A DNA stretch of 64,000 nucleotides from a bacterium (GTDB lineage: Bacteria > UBA8248). Positions 29,776-43,878 of the stretch are shown piece by piece; the first letter of the stretch is position 1, and every line of letters starts with the position of its first letter. The stretch is from contig CBDBZY010000036.1 in the NCBI GenBank assembly GCA_965213685.1, forward strand, positions 64,001-128,000, given 5' to 3'. Under the pieces are notes generated by a model. That model ran no database searches. It was given only the letters and a program-made list of their open reading frames with translations, and was not told the DNA's origin. The translations under genes and the position numbers were made by a program.

Positions 29776-29995
29776 CTTTTATGGGGATTATGGGGAATTT
29801 CACCTATGGCGTCCGTGCGCCGGGGAGCGCGACGAAAGCTCTCCCTCCCTCTCTCTTTGCGCCGGCGCGCGTGCGGGGGCGCATCCTGTGGCGCCCGGAT
29901 ACGGGGAGAAAATTTCTTGACGTGATGGGACACGTGGGAGGCGAAATGCGCGCCCGCCCGGGAGGAGTGGAGACTATCTGCAATGAGGGGAGGCG

Positions 29996-30356
29996 CTACA
30001 TCTCCTCCAGGGTTTTGTTGACATGGGCGAGGTCCCCGATAGCCCGGAAAATGCTCGACATACGGACAATCCTCCGGCAACCCCCCCATCTCGATGATCT
30101 CCGCCCCGATCGGCATGCACAACGGCTCTTTCTCGAAGCGCTCGGCATAGACGCCGCAGCGGCTCGTCCCGACGTCCAGGTGCGGACACGCGCTCCTCAG
30201 CAACAGAAGCCTCTCCCCCTCCCACACCTTGTCGTAGCAGCACTTCCCGCAGCCGTTGCAGAGCGCCTCCCATTCCGGCGTGCCCGGGGGCGGCAGATTC
30301 TCGTCCATCCATCGTTGAATTTCATCGATGCGACGCTCTTTTTCCGTTTTGTGCAT
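29996..30356 (-). CDS. YcgN/UPF0260-like cysteine-cluster protein (probable +1 indel near 30026)
   Basis: WEALCNGCGKCC...CPHLD...RCGVYAERF...LPEDCPY; removing one G gives ...GPRHVNKTLEEM*. Confidence 0.78.
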
Positions 30357-30493
30357 CGGGATGATTTCCGGGCGCTCCCGCTTCCGGCGCCTGGCGGAGC
30401 GCGCTCTCTCCCGGAGGCCGCCGGCGTCCGCCCTTCGTTTTCCTGGAGAGCGTCCGCTTCGAGCGGCGGGCGTTCGGAGCCATCGGATTCTCT

Positions 30494-31279
30494 CTAGCGA
30501 TCCCGGAAGCGGGCGAGGCGCTTTTCCATGAAGGCCCGCAGCCCCTCCTGTGCGTCTTCTTCCGCGCTGTTCACCAGACCGAATTTCTCCGTCTCCAGCG
30601 CCAGGCCGGCCTCCAGATCGGTCTCCAGCCCAAGGTGGACGGCCTCCAGAATCAACGCGACGGCGGGCCTGCTCTTGGACGCCAGCTTTTGCGCCAGCGC
30701 GCGCGCCTCCTCCATCAGGGCGTCCGGCTCGCAGACCTTGTTCACCAGTCCCATCCGGTAGGCTTCCGGGGCGCCTATCGACTCGCCCGTCAGCAGCATC
30801 TCCAGGGCGCGTCCCGCCCCAATCAGGCGGGGCAGGCGCTGGGTGCCGCCGTAGCCGGGAATGATGCCGAGGCTGATCTCCGGCTGGCCGAACTGCGCGT
30901 TGCGCGACGCCAGGCGAATCGAGCACGCCATCGCCACCTCGCAGCCGCCGCCCAAGGCGAAGCCGTTGACCGCCGCAATCGTGGGCTTTCCGATGGTCTC
31001 CAGTGCCCGGAGGATTCCGCTGCCGTGCCCGGAGAGCCGGCGCGCCGAGAGCGGATCGCGCCCCCGCCATCCCCTTGATGTCGGCGCCGGCGATGAAGGC
31101 CCTCTCTCCTGATCCCGTCAATATCAACGCTTTCAATGCGTTATCGCCCCGAACCTCTTCTATGAGGTGCGCAAGCTCATCCATCGTCTCTGTATTCAGG
31201 GCGTTTAGCACCGGGGGCGATGAAAGATGCAGGTGGCGACCGGACCGTCGGTTTCGTAGATAATGTTCTTGTAATTCAA
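30494..31279 (-). pseudogene. enoyl-CoA hydratase with two homopolymer frameshifts (31213-31217, 31061-31065)
   Basis: Segments NYKNIIYETDGPVA, LNALN...AFIAGADI, KPTIAAVNGFALGGGCE, PGYGGTQRL lie in different frames. Confidence 0.85.
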
Positions 31280-31527
31280 TGCGTTAGCGCCTTTTTTTCG
31301 GGGAAAATACGTCAATTCTCAAACCGCACCGCCTCGCGCGCGTTCCCCTTCCGCGTCTCCAGGGGTGTCCTTTCACTCGTACCGCACCGCCAGCAATCTC
31401 TCCGCACCGGCAACCATCATCCGTTGCGGCGCGTTCATACTTTGGAGGGTCGCACATGCGGGGCGGCGGATCAAGGACGCGCGAGACAGCGGCCGCTGCC
31501 GGGAGGCGTTCCGCGCCCGAGAGCTCC

Positions 31528-34391
31528 TCAGGCGTCGCCGCCCTCCGCGTGGTGGCGGGCGAGAATGTCGTGGAGGTCGTTGGGGCTCCTCGACACGTCC
31601 CACGACCAGCGGCCGTAGCCGCCGTGCGCGTTGACGGCGCGGACCCATTCGGCGAGGAAGCTACGCTTGGTCTTGTCCGGCTCTCTTTCCAGCCCCTTGG
31701 TTTCCAGAACCAGCATGGCGCCGGAACGCAGCCGAACGAGGAAATCGGGCCGATACTTCCGCTCCCTGCCGTCATGGAAGTAGGGGACCTCGAAGCCCAG
31801 ATGCTCGTTCTTCGCCCAGGCTTCCACCTCGGGGGCGCGGTCGAGGTGACGGGCCTCCGACTCCTCCCACGCGCTGTCGCAGACGCAGAAATTGATGTGG
31901 CTGCGCTCGGTGGGCACGTAGCGCCTGCCCGTGTGCCACCTGCCCATGTCGCCGGTGGAGCGGATGGGCCTGTCCCGATCGAACACCGGCTCCAGGCTTT
32001 CCGCGTTCTCGAAACGGATGGCCTCCCAGATGTGCTGCACCACCCGGCGCATGCCGAGGGTGATGACGAGGCGGCGCCGGAAGCCGTCGCCGGCGAACAG
32101 CGCAGGCGTGACGCGAATCTTCTCCGAGCGGATGAAGCGCTCGACGATGCGCACCACCTGCGCCAGAAGGAGCTCCCTGCAGCCCGGCCAGTCCTTCTTC
32201 ATTTCGTCGAACACGTCGCGCGCGGTCTCGAATATGATGCGCTGTGTGCGCAGCTCCGGGTCGAGGTCCTCTATGCGGATGGTCTTTCCTTTCGTGAGGT
32301 CGGGCTTGCCGTCGATGACCGGGGCCAACTCCGCGCTTTCGCACGTCTCGCCCGCGTCCAGCTCCAGCGGCTCCACCCGCTCCCAGTCCAGGCGGAGGCG
32401 CGGACGATAGACGTGCTCCACGCGGACGACGTTCGGCCAGGAGATGGCGAATTTCGCGCGCTCCGGCAACGCCTCGACGGCGATCTTCGGCGGGGGCGGA
32501 GGCGCTGGGCCATTCTCCCCGCCCTCGTGGGGCAGAAAGGAGAAGGGCACGCCGAAGATGTTGACGTATTCCGGATCGAGCAGGCCGGTCTCGCCCACGT
32601 CGTAGGAGGTGCGGCGCAGGCCGCGCCCGACCACCTGCTCGCAGAGGAGCTGGCTGCTGAACGCGCGCAGCCCCATGATGTGGGTCACCGTCTTGGCGTC
32701 CCAGCCCTCCGAGAGCATCCCGACGGAGATCACCTTCCGTATCCGCCCGCCCGGCTTGTCCGGCTGGCCCACGGTGTCCACCTGCCGGCGCAGCGTCTCG
32801 GCCCGCTCCTTTTTGGTCAGGTTGCGCGCGTCGTCGCCGCCCCCGCCGCCGGCCTCCCCGCTGGCGAGCGGCTCCTCGGCGGCTTCGGCCTCCTTGAGCA
32901 CGCGGGAGTCGATGTGCAGGGTGTGCTCCGGGCCGCGAAGCTCGTCAATGCGCACCTTGCCGTTGTCGAACGCATGCTTGACGCGCGCCGCCGTCTCGGT
33001 GCGGTTGGCGACGGTGATCATCACCGGCGGCGCACCTCCCTCCGGCTGCTGCTCCTCCCACTTTCGGAAGGTCTCGCGCCAGTCCAGGCCGAGCAGGAAG
33101 TAGGCGTTCGTCACCAGCGGCGGCAGCTGCTTCTCGGGCTTCGCCTTGAGGTTCAGATCGTCCTTCACCTGGTCGTAGATGTGGTACAGGCTGGACTTGT
33201 CGGTTTTGGCGTCGGTGCCGACGTCGTCCTGGACGACCACGCGCGGGGTCTTGACCAGGCCGGATTCGATGGCGTCGTTCAGGCCGAAATCGCTCACGAT
33301 CCACTCGAAGAGCGCCTCCTCCGAACTCTGCTTGCCCGAGGGGGCGAAGGGCGTGGCCGAGAAGTCATAGCAGGCGAGGAGACCCCGCGCCCGGTGTATC
33401 CTGTCCAGCCCGCCGACCCACTTCGTCGCCTCCTCCTTCTCCGCCTTGCTGACGCCCCGGACCTTCGATTCGGCGGGAACGCGCCAGGCGTGGTGGGCCT
33501 CGTCGTTGATGACCAGAATGTTCCGCGCCCGCGCCATGTCGCCGCCGAGTACGTCGCGGACGTAGGCCGCATCGCTCCGCGGCCCGCGCTTGTCCACGCT
33601 CTTCTTTTTGGCGAGCTGCTCCGCGCTCTCCCAGGCGAGCGCGTGCCAGTTGCGGATGAGCACCCTCCCCTGCCGCAGCCTGTCGCGCAGGGCGGAGGGC
33701 ACGACGCGAAAGGCCTCGTAGTAGTTCGTCGGGTTCTGCGGATCCAGCACGGCGAGGCGGTTTTTCACCGTGAGGCCGGGGGCGACGACGAGCACGTTCC
33801 GCGAGAAGCGGGCGTCCTGCGGGCGGGCGGCCTTGTTCAGGACGTGCCAGGCGATGACCATCGCCATGACGACGGTCTTGCCCGATCCGGTCGCCATCTT
33901 CGCGCACAGGCGGCGGAACGCTCCGCCGTCGGAGGGTATCTCGACCCCGACCCTCTCCGCCGGCGGCGCCTCCGTCAGCCAGATGAGCGTCTCGGCGGCC
34001 TCCAGCTGGCAGAAGAAAAGTCGCCGGGAATCAGACTCCTCCGGATCATTCCAGTGCTCCAGCAGCCGCTTCGTGGTTCCCGTGACGCCCGGATAGCCGG
34101 CCTTGCGCCACGCCTGAACGCGGGGGCGAATCCTGTTCGCCAGGGGGATTTCGACGAAGCGGCCCGGATCGTCATGCGAACGGGAAGCGCGGGAGGCGAC
34201 GACGTATCCGGCCGGGCGGCGTCCCTCCTCGAGCGAGAAGGCCCGCCGCGCGCCGTCATAGTGCCAGTACCTCTTCGGCTCCTCGTAGGGGGAGTTGATT
34301 ATCAGCTGGTCGATGGCCGCGCGGGGCCTCCCCGCCTCCTCCCGCCGGGAGGGCGATCCCCTCCTCCGCCGGCGCGCGTCGCCCCGCGTGC

Positions 34392-34395
<4 letters not shown>
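31528..34395 (-). CDS. type III-like restriction endonuclease Res subunit (DEAH helicase + PD-(D/E)xK nuclease)
   Basis: LIINSPYEEP N-terminus, MATGSGKT, INDEAHH, FSAT, SEGWD, QVVGRGLR, RPDFLV...LETKG; ATGA overlap with mod stop. Confidence 0.92.
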
Positions 34396-37230
<2,835 letters not shown>

Positions 37231-37270
37231 GCGTCCTCCTCCTTCCCCCCTTCTCCCGCTCGGCGCGCCA

Positions 37271-38461
37271 TCAGTCCGCGCACGCCTCCACGACCACCGA
37301 AAGCCCCATGCCGCCGCCGATGCAGGCGCCCGCGAGGCCGTATCTCCCGCCCCGGCGCCTGAGCTCGTGCAGTATCGTGAGGGTGAGGCGCGCCCCGCTC
37401 GCCCCCACCGGGTGGCCGATGGCGATGGCCCCGCCGTTCACGTTCGTCTTCTCGCGGTCCAGGCCCAGTTCCTTCTCCACCGCCAGATACTGGGCGGAGA
37501 ACGCCTCGTTGATCTCGACGAGGTCCATGTCGTCCAGCGCCAGCCCCGCCTTGCGGAGCGCGATGCGGCTGCTCTCGGCGGGCCCGATGCCCATGATCTT
37601 CGGGTCGCAGCCCGACACCCCCCAGGAGACGAGCCGGCCTATCGGCTTTCGCCCGAGCCGCTCCGCCGCCGCCCGCGAGGAGACGACCAGCGCCGCCGCC
37701 CCGTCGTTGATGCCGCTGGCGTTGCCCGCCGTCACCACGCCGTCCTCCTTGAAGGCGGGCCGCAGCCTGGCGAGCGCCTCCGCGTCCGAATCCGGGCGGG
37801 GGTGCTCGTCGCGCTCGAAGCGGATCGTCCTCCTCCGCTCGCGCACCTCCACCGGAAAACACTCCTCCGCCAGCCGTCCGCTCTCCCAGGCGTCGCGCGC
37901 CCGCGCCTGGCTCAGGGCGGCGAACTCGTCCACCCCCTCGCGGTGGAGGTCGTATTTCTCGGCGAGGTTCTCCGCCGTGATGCCCATCGGCACGTTGGCG
38001 CGGGTGTCGGTGAGCGCCGCGTGGAGGCCGTCCTCCATCGGCGCCTGAAAGAGTTTGATGCCCGTTCGCGAGTTGCGTATCACGTGCGGGGTCAGGCTCA
38101 TGTTCTCGGCGCCCACGGCGAGCACCACCTCGGCGTCCCCCGTCATGATCTCCTTCGCCCCGCTCACGACCGCCTGAAAGCCCGAGGCGCACATCCGGTT
38201 CACGCAATAGCCGGGCCGCTCCTGCGGGACGCCCGCGGCCAGCGCGACGTGCCGGCCGATGTAGACGCCGTCGGAGTTCGACTGGATGACGTTGCCCACC
38301 ACCGTGTGGTCCACCTCCTCCGGCGGCACGCCCGCGCGCGCCATCGCCTCCTTCGCCGCCAGGGCGCCCAGCTCCGTGGCCGACATGTCCTTCAAAGTCC
38401 CCAGAAACCCGCCGAACGGCGTCCGCGCACCGCCCAGAAAAACGATGTCCGTATCCGACAT
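37271..38461 (-). CDS. acetyl-CoA C-acyltransferase (thiolase)
   Basis: ARTPFG, NRMCASG, INEAF, GHPVGASG, CIGGGMG. Confidence 0.95.
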   Translation of the reverse strand: MSDTDIVFLGGARTPFGGFLGTLKDMSATELGALAAKEAMARAGVPPEEVDHTVVGNVIQSNSDGVYIGRHVALAAGVPQERPGYCVNRMCASGFQAVVSGAKEIMTGDAEVVLAVGAENMSLTPHVIRNSRTGIKLFQAPMEDGLHAALTDTRANVPMGITAENLAEKYDLHREGVDEFAALSQARARDAWESGRLAEECFPVEVRERRRTIRFERDEHPRPDSDAEALARLRPAFKEDGVVTAGNASGINDGAAALVVSSRAAAERLGRKPIGRLVSWGVSGCDPKIMGIGPAESSRIALRKAGLALDDMDLVEINEAFSAQYLAVEKELGLDREKTNVNGGAIAIGHPVGASGARLTLTILHELRRRGGRYGLAGACIGGGMGLSVVVEACAD

Positions 38462-38634
38462 TGCTCCGATTCCTCCGACTCGCTGACAAAGAAGTCCCCT
38501 GATTCCCCGCGTTGGCTGTGTGTCGTGGTGTCCCCCCCAACATACAGGCAGGGAGAAGCGAAGCGCAAGGGTGCGCGGGGGTGTGCGGGGGGTGCGGCGC
38601 GGTGCGCGGGAAGATCGCTCCCTCCTCCCCTCCC

Positions 38635-39672
38635 TTACATCCAGGAGAGGGGGGCGGCGGCGTCTCCCCGGAGCCTGCGCGCGGCGTCCCTGGCGAGGTA
38701 GGTGAGGATGATGTCCGCCCCCGCCCGCCGGATGGAGGTCAGCATCTCCAGGAACGCGCGCTCGGGGTCGAGCCACCCGCTGCGGCTCGCCGCCGCCAGC
38801 ATGGCGAACTCGCCGGAGACGTTGTAGGCGGCGACGGGCAGGTCGGTCATCGCCCGCGCCCGCGCGATGACGTCGAGAAACAGAAGCGCCGGCTTCACCA
38901 TGATGATGTCCGCCCCCTCCTCGACGTCGAACCTGATCTCGCGGGCTGCCTCGCGGGCGTTGGCCGGGTCCATCTGGTAGGAACTCCTGTCGCCGAAGGC
39001 GGGCGCACTCTCCGCCGCCTCGCGAAAGGGGCCGTAATAGGCGCTCGCAAACTTCGCCGCGTAGGCCATGACGGGGGTCTGCGCGAACCCCGCCGCGTCG
39101 AGTGCCGCGCGAATCGAGCCGACGCGGCCGTCCATCATGTCCGACGGGGCGACGATGTCGGCCCCCGCCTCGGCGTGGCTCACCGCCGTCTTCTCCAGAA
39201 GCGCGAGGGTCGGGTCGTTGAGGATTCTGTCGCCGGCGATGACGCCGCAATGCCCGTGGTCCATGTATTCGCAAAGGCAGACGTCCGTGATGACGCACAG
39301 CTCGGGATGCGCCTCCTTCAGGGTGCGCACCGCGCGCTGGACGATCCCCTCCTCCGCGTACGCCCCGCTGGCGCGGGCGTCCTTGCGGTCGGGGATTCCG
39401 AAGAGGATGACGCCCGGTATGCCGAGGGCGGCGACCTCCCCGCAGTCCGCCACCAGCTGATCGACGGAGAGCTGATATTGCCCGGGCATCGAGGATATTT
39501 CCCGCCGAACGTCTTCCCCCTCGACGACGAACATCGGGTAGACGAGGTTGTCCACCGAAAGGCGCGTCTCGCGCACCAGGCGCCGCATGGCGGGCGTCTC
39601 CCGCGTGCGCCGCGTCCGGTGTCGCACGTCCTCCCGGAGTCCTGCGAGAGCGGAGCGGTCTCCTTCCGTCAT
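38635..39672 (-). CDS. hemB: porphobilinogen synthase
   Basis: DVCLCEYMDHGHCG, APSDMMDGR, MVKPA, AYNVSGE. Confidence 0.96.
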   Translation of the reverse strand: MTEGDRSALAGLREDVRHRTRRTRETPAMRRLVRETRLSVDNLVYPMFVVEGEDVRREISSMPGQYQLSVDQLVADCGEVAALGIPGVILFGIPDRKDARASGAYAEEGIVQRAVRTLKEAHPELCVITDVCLCEYMDHGHCGVIAGDRILNDPTLALLEKTAVSHAEAGADIVAPSDMMDGRVGSIRAALDAAGFAQTPVMAYAAKFASAYYGPFREAAESAPAFGDRSSYQMDPANAREAAREIRFDVEEGADIIMVKPALLFLDVIARARAMTDLPVAAYNVSGEFAMLAAASRSGWLDPERAFLEMLTSIRRAGADIILTYLARDAARRLRGDAAAPLSWM

Positions 39673-40595
39673 GCCGTTTTTCTCCCCCTCCGCCGGGCGT
39701 CGTCCGCGCCGCGGGATTTTTCGTAAAAAGAGGCGACGGCCCGCGCCATGCCCGGAATCGTCGACTCGGCGGCCTCGACGTCCGGGGCGATGCCGAACGC
39801 GCGCGCCGTCTGCGTGGTCATCGGGCCAATGGAGGCCACCTTCGCGCGCCGCGCCCATCCGCGCGCCGCATCCGCGCCCGCCGCTCCCACGAAACTTTTG
39901 AGGGCGGAGGAGCTGGTGAAGGTCAGCATGTCAATTTTCCCGGCCTCCAGCTCCTCGCGGACGCCGCGCAGCGCCTCGCGTCCCGCAGGCACCGTTTGAT
40001 AGACGGCCACGTCATCCACCACAGCCCCCATTTTCCGCAACGCCTCGGGGATGGCGTCCCGCCCCTGTTTCGCCCTCGGCAACAAAACGCGCTTGCCCGC
40101 CATCTCCTCGCCCTCCAGCAACGCGATGACGCCTTCGGCCACATATTTTTCGGCTATCCTGTCGGGCGCTCTCCGCAGGCATCTGCGCACGGCGGCCCCC
40201 GTGGCGGGTCCGACCGCCAGGAGCGACGCTCCGGCCAGCGCCGGCGCCCCCCCCTCCGCCGGGTCGGCGCCCAGCGCCCGGAGCCTTCGCGCCAGGTATT
40301 TGGGGCCGTTCGCGCTCGTGAAGATGAGCCAGTCATACCCCTGAGGCGAGCGGACGGCGGCGTCCAGCGACGCCCAGTCATCGGGTTCGCGTATCGCGAT
40401 GAGCGGGGCGAGCAGCACGCGCGCCCCCAAATCCGCGAGCATCCTCCCCATGCGCGACGTCCCCTCCTCCGGTCGCGTGACGAGGATGCTCCTGCCCGCA
40501 AGCGGGCGCGCGTCCGCCCCCTCCGCGCTCCGTTCGGCGGCCGCGCGTTCGGGTTCGGAGGCATCGTTCGTCCCCCGATCTCCGGCGTCCCTCAT
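39669..40595 (-). CDS. hemD: uroporphyrinogen-III synthase
   Basis: ILVTRP, IFTSANG, AVGPAT, FTSSS, IGPMT; overlaps hemC and hemB. Confidence 0.9.
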   Translation of the reverse strand: MRDAGDRGTNDASEPERAAAERSAEGADARPLAGRSILVTRPEEGTSRMGRMLADLGARVLLAPLIAIREPDDWASLDAAVRSPQGYDWLIFTSANGPKYLARRLRALGADPAEGGAPALAGASLLAVGPATGAAVRRCLRRAPDRIAEKYVAEGVIALLEGEEMAGKRVLLPRAKQGRDAIPEALRKMGAVVDDVAVYQTVPAGREALRGVREELEAGKIDMLTFTSSSALKSFVGAAGADAARGWARRAKVASIGPMTTQTARAFGIAPDVEAAESTIPGMARAVASFYEKSRGADDARRRGRKTA

Positions 40596-41515
40596 CGCAT
40601 CCCTCTCAAAATCTCCGCACCGCCCCGCGAGAGAACCTCCTCGGCCAGCTCCTCGGCCAGCCGCACGGCGTCGCCGGGGGCGCCCCTCCTCTCCGCTTCC
40701 ACCATCCGCCTCCCGTCGAGGCTCGCGAGGCGGCCCCGGATGCGGAATTCGCCCGCGCGCGTCTCCTCCGCGAAAACGGCCAGCGGCAGCTGGCACCCGC
40801 CCTCGAGACGCGCCATGACGACGCGTTCGGCCAAAACCGCCCGCCGCGTCCCCGCATCGTCCAACCCCAGAACGCGCGCGCGCACCGCCGCATCCCCGTC
40901 GCGTATCTCCACGGCGAGCGCACCCTGTCCGGCGGCGGGCAGCATGAGTTCGGGGGCGAGGATTTCCGTCGCCCGCTCCCCGAGTCCCAGGCGGTTCAGG
41001 CCGGCGGCCGCCAGGAGGAGGCCATCGGCCGCGCCCGCCGCCATCTTCCGCAGGCGCGTGTCCACGTTTCCGCGCATCTCCACGATTCTCAGATCGGGGC
41101 GAAAGCGCCTGAGCTGCGTGATTCTCCGCAGGCTGCCCGTGCCGATTCCCGCGCCTGGTGCCATGCTGCGGATGGACTCCCCCCCGCGCGAGACCAGCGC
41201 GTCCCAGGGCTCCTCCCGCTCGGGTATCGCGCCCAGGACGAGACCCTCGGGCAACTCGCCCGGCAAGTCCTTCAGGCTGTGGACGGCGGCGTCGACCTCG
41301 CCGCGCAACAGGGCGTCCTCGATCTCCTTGACGAAAACTCCCTTGCCGCCCAGCTCCCGAACCGGGGAGGCGCGCATCGCGTCTCCGCGCGTCTGCATGG
41401 GGATTTCCTCCACCGCGAGGCCCGGGTGCAGGCGCCGCAACCGCGCGGCCACCTGCGCCGTCTGCGCGCGCGCGAGCGCGCTGCCCCGCGTGCCGAGGCG
41501 CAGCGCCTCCCTCAT
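40592..41515 (-). CDS. hemC: hydroxymethylbilane synthase
   Basis: GTRGSALA, GKGVFVKE, AVHSLKD, RGNVDTR, LEGGCQLP. Confidence 0.96.
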   Translation of the reverse strand: MREALRLGTRGSALARAQTAQVAARLRRLHPGLAVEEIPMQTRGDAMRASPVRELGGKGVFVKEIEDALLRGEVDAAVHSLKDLPGELPEGLVLGAIPEREEPWDALVSRGGESIRSMAPGAGIGTGSLRRITQLRRFRPDLRIVEMRGNVDTRLRKMAAGAADGLLLAAAGLNRLGLGERATEILAPELMLPAAGQGALAVEIRDGDAAVRARVLGLDDAGTRRAVLAERVVMARLEGGCQLPLAVFAEETRAGEFRIRGRLASLDGRRMVEAERRGAPGDAVRLAEELAEEVLSRGGAEILRGMR

Positions 41516-42834
41516 CTGTCGGGCGCGTCATCCGCCGCGCGCGCGGCGGGCGGATTCTCCTGAAGAAACTCCGCGTCCACGCCAAAAAGCCTTTGCACGG
41601 ACTCCAGGGAGATGCCGTCCGCATCCTCCGCGCGCATCCGGCGGAGAGCGGCGAAGGGATGGTGGAGTATCTTGTTGACCAACGCCCTCGTCATGGCGTC
41701 GAGTGCCTCGCGCCCGCCGTCTCCCACGTCGGGCAGGCGCGCGAGGGTTTTTTCCATTTCGTCCCGGCGGGCGGATTCCGCCGAGGAGCGTATGGCCGCG
41801 AGGGTGCGCCGGAGGTCTTCGGCCCGCTTGCGGGCGAGGTAGGTCTGCACCTCGCTCTCCACGATCATGCGCGCGTCGCGCGCCACCTCCTCGCGGCCCC
41901 GCAGGTTGTCCGCCACGACGGACTGCAGGTCGTCCAGATCGTAGAGGTAGGCGTCTTCCAGGTCGTTCACGTCGGGCGCGATGTTCCTCGGCACGGAGAT
42001 GTCGATGAGAAAGATGGGCGCACCCCGGCGACGCTCCAGGGCGGCGGCCACGGTCGGCTTCTCGAGAACGAACGCGGGCGACGCCGTGGATGCGATGACG
42101 ACGTCGGCATGGATGAGCGCCTCCTCGAGGTTCTCGAAGCCCATGGCGCGGCCCTGGAGCCTGGAGGCCAGCTCCCGCGCGCGCGCGAGCGTCCTGTTCG
42201 CCACATCCAGGACGTCCGCCCCGCCCGCCTTCAGATGCCGCGCCGCCGCCTCGCCCATCTCGCCCGCCCCCAGCAGGAGCACCCTCTTGCCCGCCAGCGA
42301 ACCGAAAATTCTCCTGGCCAAATCCACGGCGACGGAGCTCACCGACACCGGCGTCTCGCCGATGGCGGTTTGCCGGCGAATCTTCCTCGCCACCCGGAAC
42401 GCGCGGGAGAAAAGATCGGTGAGTGCCTTGCCGGTATGGCCGGAGGCCTGCGCGACCCTGTAGGCTTCCTTGACCTGCCCCAGAATCTGCGGCTCGCCCA
42501 CCACCATGGAGTCCAGGCTCGACGCCACGGTGAAGAGGTGCCGCGTCGCCTCCGCCTCGCGGCGCACATAGAGGTGGGCGTTCAGCTCCTCGTCCCCGAT
42601 GTCGCGCGAGTCGAGGAGAAACCGGTGGATGGCGTCGAGGCCCCGCTCGAAATTCCCGACCGCGCTGTAGACCTCCACCCGGTTGCAGGTCGATAGAATG
42701 AGGCGCTCCTCCAGCCCGCGATAGGCCGCCAGACGGTCGAGCCACTCGCCCATGCGCCCCTCCGGGAAATACAGGCGCTCCCGAACGCTGAGCGGCGTGT
42801 TGTGATGGCTGACGCCGGCGAGAATGATGGGCAT
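41512..42834 (-). CDS. hemA: glutamyl-tRNA reductase
   Basis: LSTCNRVE, SLDSMVVGEPQILGQ, GAGEMG, DISVPRN. Confidence 0.96.
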   Translation of the reverse strand: MPIILAGVSHHNTPLSVRERLYFPEGRMGEWLDRLAAYRGLEERLILSTCNRVEVYSAVGNFERGLDAIHRFLLDSRDIGDEELNAHLYVRREAEATRHLFTVASSLDSMVVGEPQILGQVKEAYRVAQASGHTGKALTDLFSRAFRVARKIRRQTAIGETPVSVSSVAVDLARRIFGSLAGKRVLLLGAGEMGEAAARHLKAGGADVLDVANRTLARARELASRLQGRAMGFENLEEALIHADVVIASTASPAFVLEKPTVAAALERRRGAPIFLIDISVPRNIAPDVNDLEDAYLYDLDDLQSVVADNLRGREEVARDARMIVESEVQTYLARKRAEDLRRTLAAIRSSAESARRDEMEKTLARLPDVGDGGREALDAMTRALVNKILHHPFAALRRMRAEDADGISLESVQRLFGVDAEFLQENPPAARAADDAPDR

Positions 42835-42848
42835 ATATCCACCGCTCC

Positions 42849-43616
42849 CTAGAAGTGGATGACCAGGGCGAAGAGCGCGGCGACGAAGGTCACCATCGAG
42901 AAAACCGCGGAGCGCTTCCCCTTCCAGCTGCGCGTGAGCCGGCAGACGAGCAGGAGTCCGTAGGCGCCCCAGATCAGTATCAGGGGCCAGGTGCGCACCG
43001 GGTCGAGGCTCCAGTAGGCGCCGTGGCGCGACTTCGCCCACATCGATCCGAGCAGCAGGCTCGCCGTCAGGAAGGCGAAGCCGAAATACAGTATCTTGTG
43101 GTTCAGGTCGTCGAGAATATCCAGGGAGGGGAAGCGATGCAGCCAGGCGCTCGGCCTTCTGGATTTCAGCTGACGCGACTGCACAAGATACATCAGGGCG
43201 GAGGCGAAGAGCAGAAAAAACGAGGCCGAACTCAGCAGCGCCAGCACCGCGTGGCCCTGCAGCAGATAGCCCTGCACGGCCTGGGAGCCGGCGCCCCATA
43301 CGCCGGGGAAGGCGGCCGCGTATCCCTCCAGGACGAACGCCGCCGGCACGGCGAAGCCGCCCAGGGCGATGTCCCGATACCGCGCATAGACGATGAGATA
43401 CATCAGCAGAATCACCCACGCCATGCCGCTCAGCCACGGCCCCCAGCCATGGGGGGTGCCCGAGGCGAAACCCACCCCCAGCATCAAGGTGTGGAGGACG
43501 AACCCCAGGAGCAGCGCGCCCATTCCGTAGAGAACGCCCGCGGACCTGCCCGTGAACAGCAGGTACAGGTGGGCGAACGCCGCGACGAGATAGCAGGCAA
43601 TCAAGATGGCGAGCAA
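42849..43616 (-). CDS. cytochrome c assembly protein (CcsA/HemX-like)
   Basis: About 8 TM, PSLDILD, GSMWA...WSLDP; directly upstream of hemA. Confidence 0.85.
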   Translation of the reverse strand: MLAILIACYLVAAFAHLYLLFTGRSAGVLYGMGALLLGFVLHTLMLGVGFASGTPHGWGPWLSGMAWVILLMYLIVYARYRDIALGGFAVPAAFVLEGYAAAFPGVWGAGSQAVQGYLLQGHAVLALLSSASFFLLFASALMYLVQSRQLKSRRPSAWLHRFPSLDILDDLNHKILYFGFAFLTASLLLGSMWAKSRHGAYWSLDPVRTWPLILIWGAYGLLLVCRLTRSWKGKRSAVFSMVTFVAALFALVIHF

Positions 43617-43878
43617 GGAAACTCTCCCCCCTCCCCCCCGGGGCGAGGAAATCTCTGGCGGCCCGGAAAACGAGGCCAGCCCTTATTGTAGACCACTCTT
43701 GGGGAGATTTTGCAATAATCTCCCGCCTCAACGGTGTCCGGGACGGCGGCATCCCGCGCCCGCTACGCGATTCTCCGGCTATCCGCGCACCCAGCCATTG
43801 GCGAAACCGGCCATCCCCACTATACTCGCTCCAGGCCCGTTCGCCCATGCGCTTTCCCGCCGGGAGGGGCAGCATCCC

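Noticed and set aside
29715-31211. 498-aa ORF as an ECH-YcgN fusion
   Set aside because: Produced by frameshifts; ECH and the cysteine-cluster protein each have their own start and stop
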